Positions 26,509 to 28,884 of a stretch of 28,884 nucleotides of DNA are shown in pieces. Origin of the DNA: Armatimonadota bacterium (GTDB taxonomy: Bacteria; Armatimonadota; UBA5829; DTLH01); NCBI GenBank assembly GCA_039680575.1, contig JBDKSP010000094.1, forward strand, positions 1-28,884. The letters run 5' to 3'. How positions within the stretch are numbered: position 1 is the first letter of the stretch; each line of letters opens with the position of its first letter. Both the position numbers and the translations under genes were made by a program. The notes below the pieces were generated by a model. That model was not told where the DNA came from. It was given only the letters and a program-made list of their open reading frames with translations, and made no database searches.

Positions 26509-27762
26509 TTACGTGTCTGCCGCAGTCGCAGCAGGTGAAGGTTCGACCGTCCATTCCGCGCCCACACGCACACACCCGAATACCCGGCCTTGTTTTTGGC
26601 TTGAACTCTCAACAGCGAATGACAAACAGTCGCCCGCGCGGTCATTGAGGATATTCATGCCGTCTCCAAGCCAGACTGTTACATAGTACTTGCCGTCGAC
26701 AAGTATATTGTCAGGAAGCAGGATGCCTATCTTTGACAAATCAGATGGAAGCTGCAGCCCGTCGGTATCGTTGGCGCTGTTGAACTGAATAACGATGTTG
26801 CCGAGGTTGTTTCTAACCGTAACTGCAAGTGTTATGTTCCGTCCCTTTGCACCATCGACCTCGACCTCGAACATGATGGGCTCGCCGTAGTCAAACGATG
26901 CCTTGATGCGGCCCTGCGCATCCGACGTAGCCAGAGAGGTGACTTTCATAGGGCCGTCGCCTGTCCGATCAGCATCGAACGCTGTCAGATCGATACGGCC
27001 TGAAGACTGATTGGATTCCAGGTAACCGGCAATAACATCTTTCGAGCGGCCAGTAGAGTACACTTGCCCTTTTGACAGGTGAACGCACCTCGGACAGAGC
27101 TCGGATATGGCTCCCATATTGTGGCTCACGAAGAGCACAGTCCTGCCGCTCTTCGCTACATCCCCCATCTTCCCCAGGCATTTCTTTTGGAACTCTGCGT
27201 CGCCTACGGCAAGCACCTCATCCACAACCAGGACCTCCGGCTCCAGGTGTGCAGCCACGGCAAAAGCCAGCCGGACATACATTCCGCTGGAATAACGTTT
27301 TACCGGTGTATCCAGGAACTTCTCGACCTCTGCAAATGCCACAATCTCATCGAACTTACGGGCTATTTCCCTGCGGGTCATTCCAAGAATTGCGCCGTTC
27401 AGGTAGATGTTCTCCCGGCCGGTAAGCTCAGGATGGAAGCCCGTGCCGACTTCCAGGAGGCTGGCAATACGCCCGCGCAGCTTGATCTTGCCTTCTGTGG
27501 GAGGCGTTATCTGCGACAATACCTTGAGCAGAGTGCTCTTCCCCGCCCCGTTACGGCCGATAATGCCGACAGCTTCGCCTTCCTGCACAGAGAAACTTAC
27601 GTTCTTCAGCGCCCAGAATTCCCCCTTAGCGGCTCGTGCACGCCTGGCTGCCGGGGACACGAAATCAGCGATTTCATCGCGCAGGCTCAGATACCGCTCT
27701 TTGTTCGCGCCGATCCTGTATTTCTTGCCGATATTCTCGATTTCTATAATAGGCTTAGACAT
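26509..27762 (-). CDS. wzt: Polysaccharide ABC exporter ATP-binding subunit with C-terminal Wzt_C domain
   Basis: GRNGAGKST, YSSGMYVRLAF, DEVLAVGD, VSH; C-terminal extension. Confidence 0.93.
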   Translation of the reverse strand: MSKPIIEIENIGKKYRIGANKERYLSLRDEIADFVSPAARRARAAKGEFWALKNVSFSVQEGEAVGIIGRNGAGKSTLLKVLSQITPPTEGKIKLRGRIASLLEVGTGFHPELTGRENIYLNGAILGMTRREIARKFDEIVAFAEVEKFLDTPVKRYSSGMYVRLAFAVAAHLEPEVLVVDEVLAVGDAEFQKKCLGKMGDVAKSGRTVLFVSHNMGAISELCPRCVHLSKGQVYSTGRSKDVIAGYLESNQSSGRIDLTAFDADRTGDGPMKVTSLATSDAQGRIKASFDYGEPIMFEVEVDGAKGRNITLAVTVRNNLGNIVIQFNSANDTDGLQLPSDLSKIGILLPDNILVDGKYYVTVWLGDGMNILNDRAGDCLSFAVESSSQKQGRVFGCVRVGAEWTVEPSPAATAADT

Positions 27763-27763
27763 G

Positions 27764-28609
27764 TCAGGCTATATCAGCAAAATACCTTTCTGTGCTTCTA
27801 AAGTAATAGAGGCCGAACAAGAAAAAAACAATGCTCACTGATAAAGAGATGGCGAGCACATCCCACTGAACCGGGGACTTGCCGAGTATTCCTGCCCGCG
27901 CGTTCGATATTACGCCGGAGATTGGGTTGAACCAGAGCATAAGCCCTTTGGCAAGCGGGTGCTTGTCCAGCAGACTCACCGGATAGATGACCGGAGTGAC
28001 ATACATCAGCGTCTGTATGAAGAACGGCAGCGCATACCGGACATCTCGGTACTTAACGTTAATCGCCGACAGGAACAGCCCCAGCCCCATTGCGCTGAGC
28101 ACCGCAGTCAGCAGCAGGACCGGTAGAATGAGAATACCGACCAGGCTGGGAACAAAGCCGTAATAGACCATCATCCCCGCAAGTATCAGGGCTGATATGC
28201 ATAAATCGACCAGCCCCGTCGTGGCCGCCGTGGCAGGTATAATGAGCCTCGGAAAGTATACCTTCTGGATAAGCTGAGCATTGGTGACAAGCGAATTCGA
28301 CGCATTCGTCAATGTACCCGAGTAGTATATCCAGAAAAGCTGGCCTACGTACAGGAATATCGGGTAAGGTGTGCCGTCTCCGCTTCCGATCCCAGCCATC
28401 CTGTTGAATATGAAAGTGAAAATCACCATATTCACGATCGGCTGAAAAATCGCCCAGAGCACCCCCAAAGCCGTCTGCTTGTAGCGGACTGATATATCGC
28501 GCCAAGCTAACACCAGGAAGAGGTCGCGATAGCGCCAGAGTTCCTTCCAGTTGATAGCTATCAACCTCTTAGGGGGGACAATTACATGCTCTTGTTCAAT
28601 CATACTCAC
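27764..28609 (-). CDS. wzm: Polysaccharide ABC exporter permease
   Basis: RYKQTALG.LW, KVYFPR, YRDVR, TPVIYP, NPI, FADI. Confidence 0.93.
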   Translation of the reverse strand: MSMIEQEHVIVPPKRLIAINWKELWRYRDLFLVLAWRDISVRYKQTALGVLWAIFQPIVNMVIFTFIFNRMAGIGSGDGTPYPIFLYVGQLFWIYYSGTLTNASNSLVTNAQLIQKVYFPRLIIPATAATTGLVDLCISALILAGMMVYYGFVPSLVGILILPVLLLTAVLSAMGLGLFLSAINVKYRDVRYALPFFIQTLMYVTPVIYPVSLLDKHPLAKGLMLWFNPISGVISNARAGILGKSPVQWDVLAISLSVSIVFFLFGLYYFRSTERYFADIA

Positions 28610-28758
28610 TCATATTACCAAACGGGGAAGACTTATCTTACTGCAGACCGAGTTCAGTTCGCGCAAGCGCTCGACTCCATTATAGCGGCAACCTTCTATA
28701 TATTACCAAAACCTACCGGGTCAGAGTCAATAGTAAGAGTTCAGAGTTGATGAGTACA

Positions 28759-28876
28759 ACATCATGCTGAATTATCACAACGTCATGCTGAGCTTGACTC
28801 AGCATCCAGGAAAAAAATGGACCCTGAATCTATGGATTTTCGGCTATAGCCGAAAATCTTCCGGGGAGAGTTTCAG
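28759..28876. repeat. Inverted copy of the GTCA-type REP-like element with a nested perfect palindrome
   Basis: 28780-28813 is the reverse complement of the 34-bp core; GATTTTCGGCTATAGCCGAAAATC (28835-28858) is a perfect 24-bp palindrome. Confidence 0.8.
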
Positions 28877-28884
28877 GTAATACC

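Noticed and set aside
28718..28757. Degenerate AGAGTY short repeats
   Set aside because: Only 3-4 loose copies; not distinguishable from chance

Overview
Bacterial chromosomal window. The PEP-CTERM tail style, TIGR03790-like gene and exosortase-EpsI fusion suggest an Armatimonadota-like diderm, but this is inference only. The + strand begins with the 3' end of a secreted-looking protein and its terminator. A sigma70-driven metal-uptake operon follows: a His/CxxC/RAPP leader ORF (DUF2946/CruR/CutF-like), an outer-membrane beta-barrel, and a ZnuA/C/B-type ABC transporter. Next come a TIGR03790-like lipoprotein, a metallophosphoesterase, a PEP-CTERM gene (- strand) flanked by debris of a collapsed PEP-CTERM array, and a DUF6880-like protein. 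From 9.9 kb to the end is a - strand surface-polysaccharide locus: Wzm/Wzt, two CapK-like ligases, GT2, exosortase-EpsI, UDP-HexNAc dehydrogenase, uronate epimerase, Wzx, Wzy/WaaL-like protein, GT4, PglC/D/E-like genes, ATP-grasp and HAD. Its intergenic gaps carry two families of REP-like palindromes. Best lead: the RAPP codons of the leader ORF are an exact 8-nt complement of the next gene's Shine-Dalgarno region, suggesting a metal-sensing ribosome-stalling switch on a Zn/Mn-type uptake operon.
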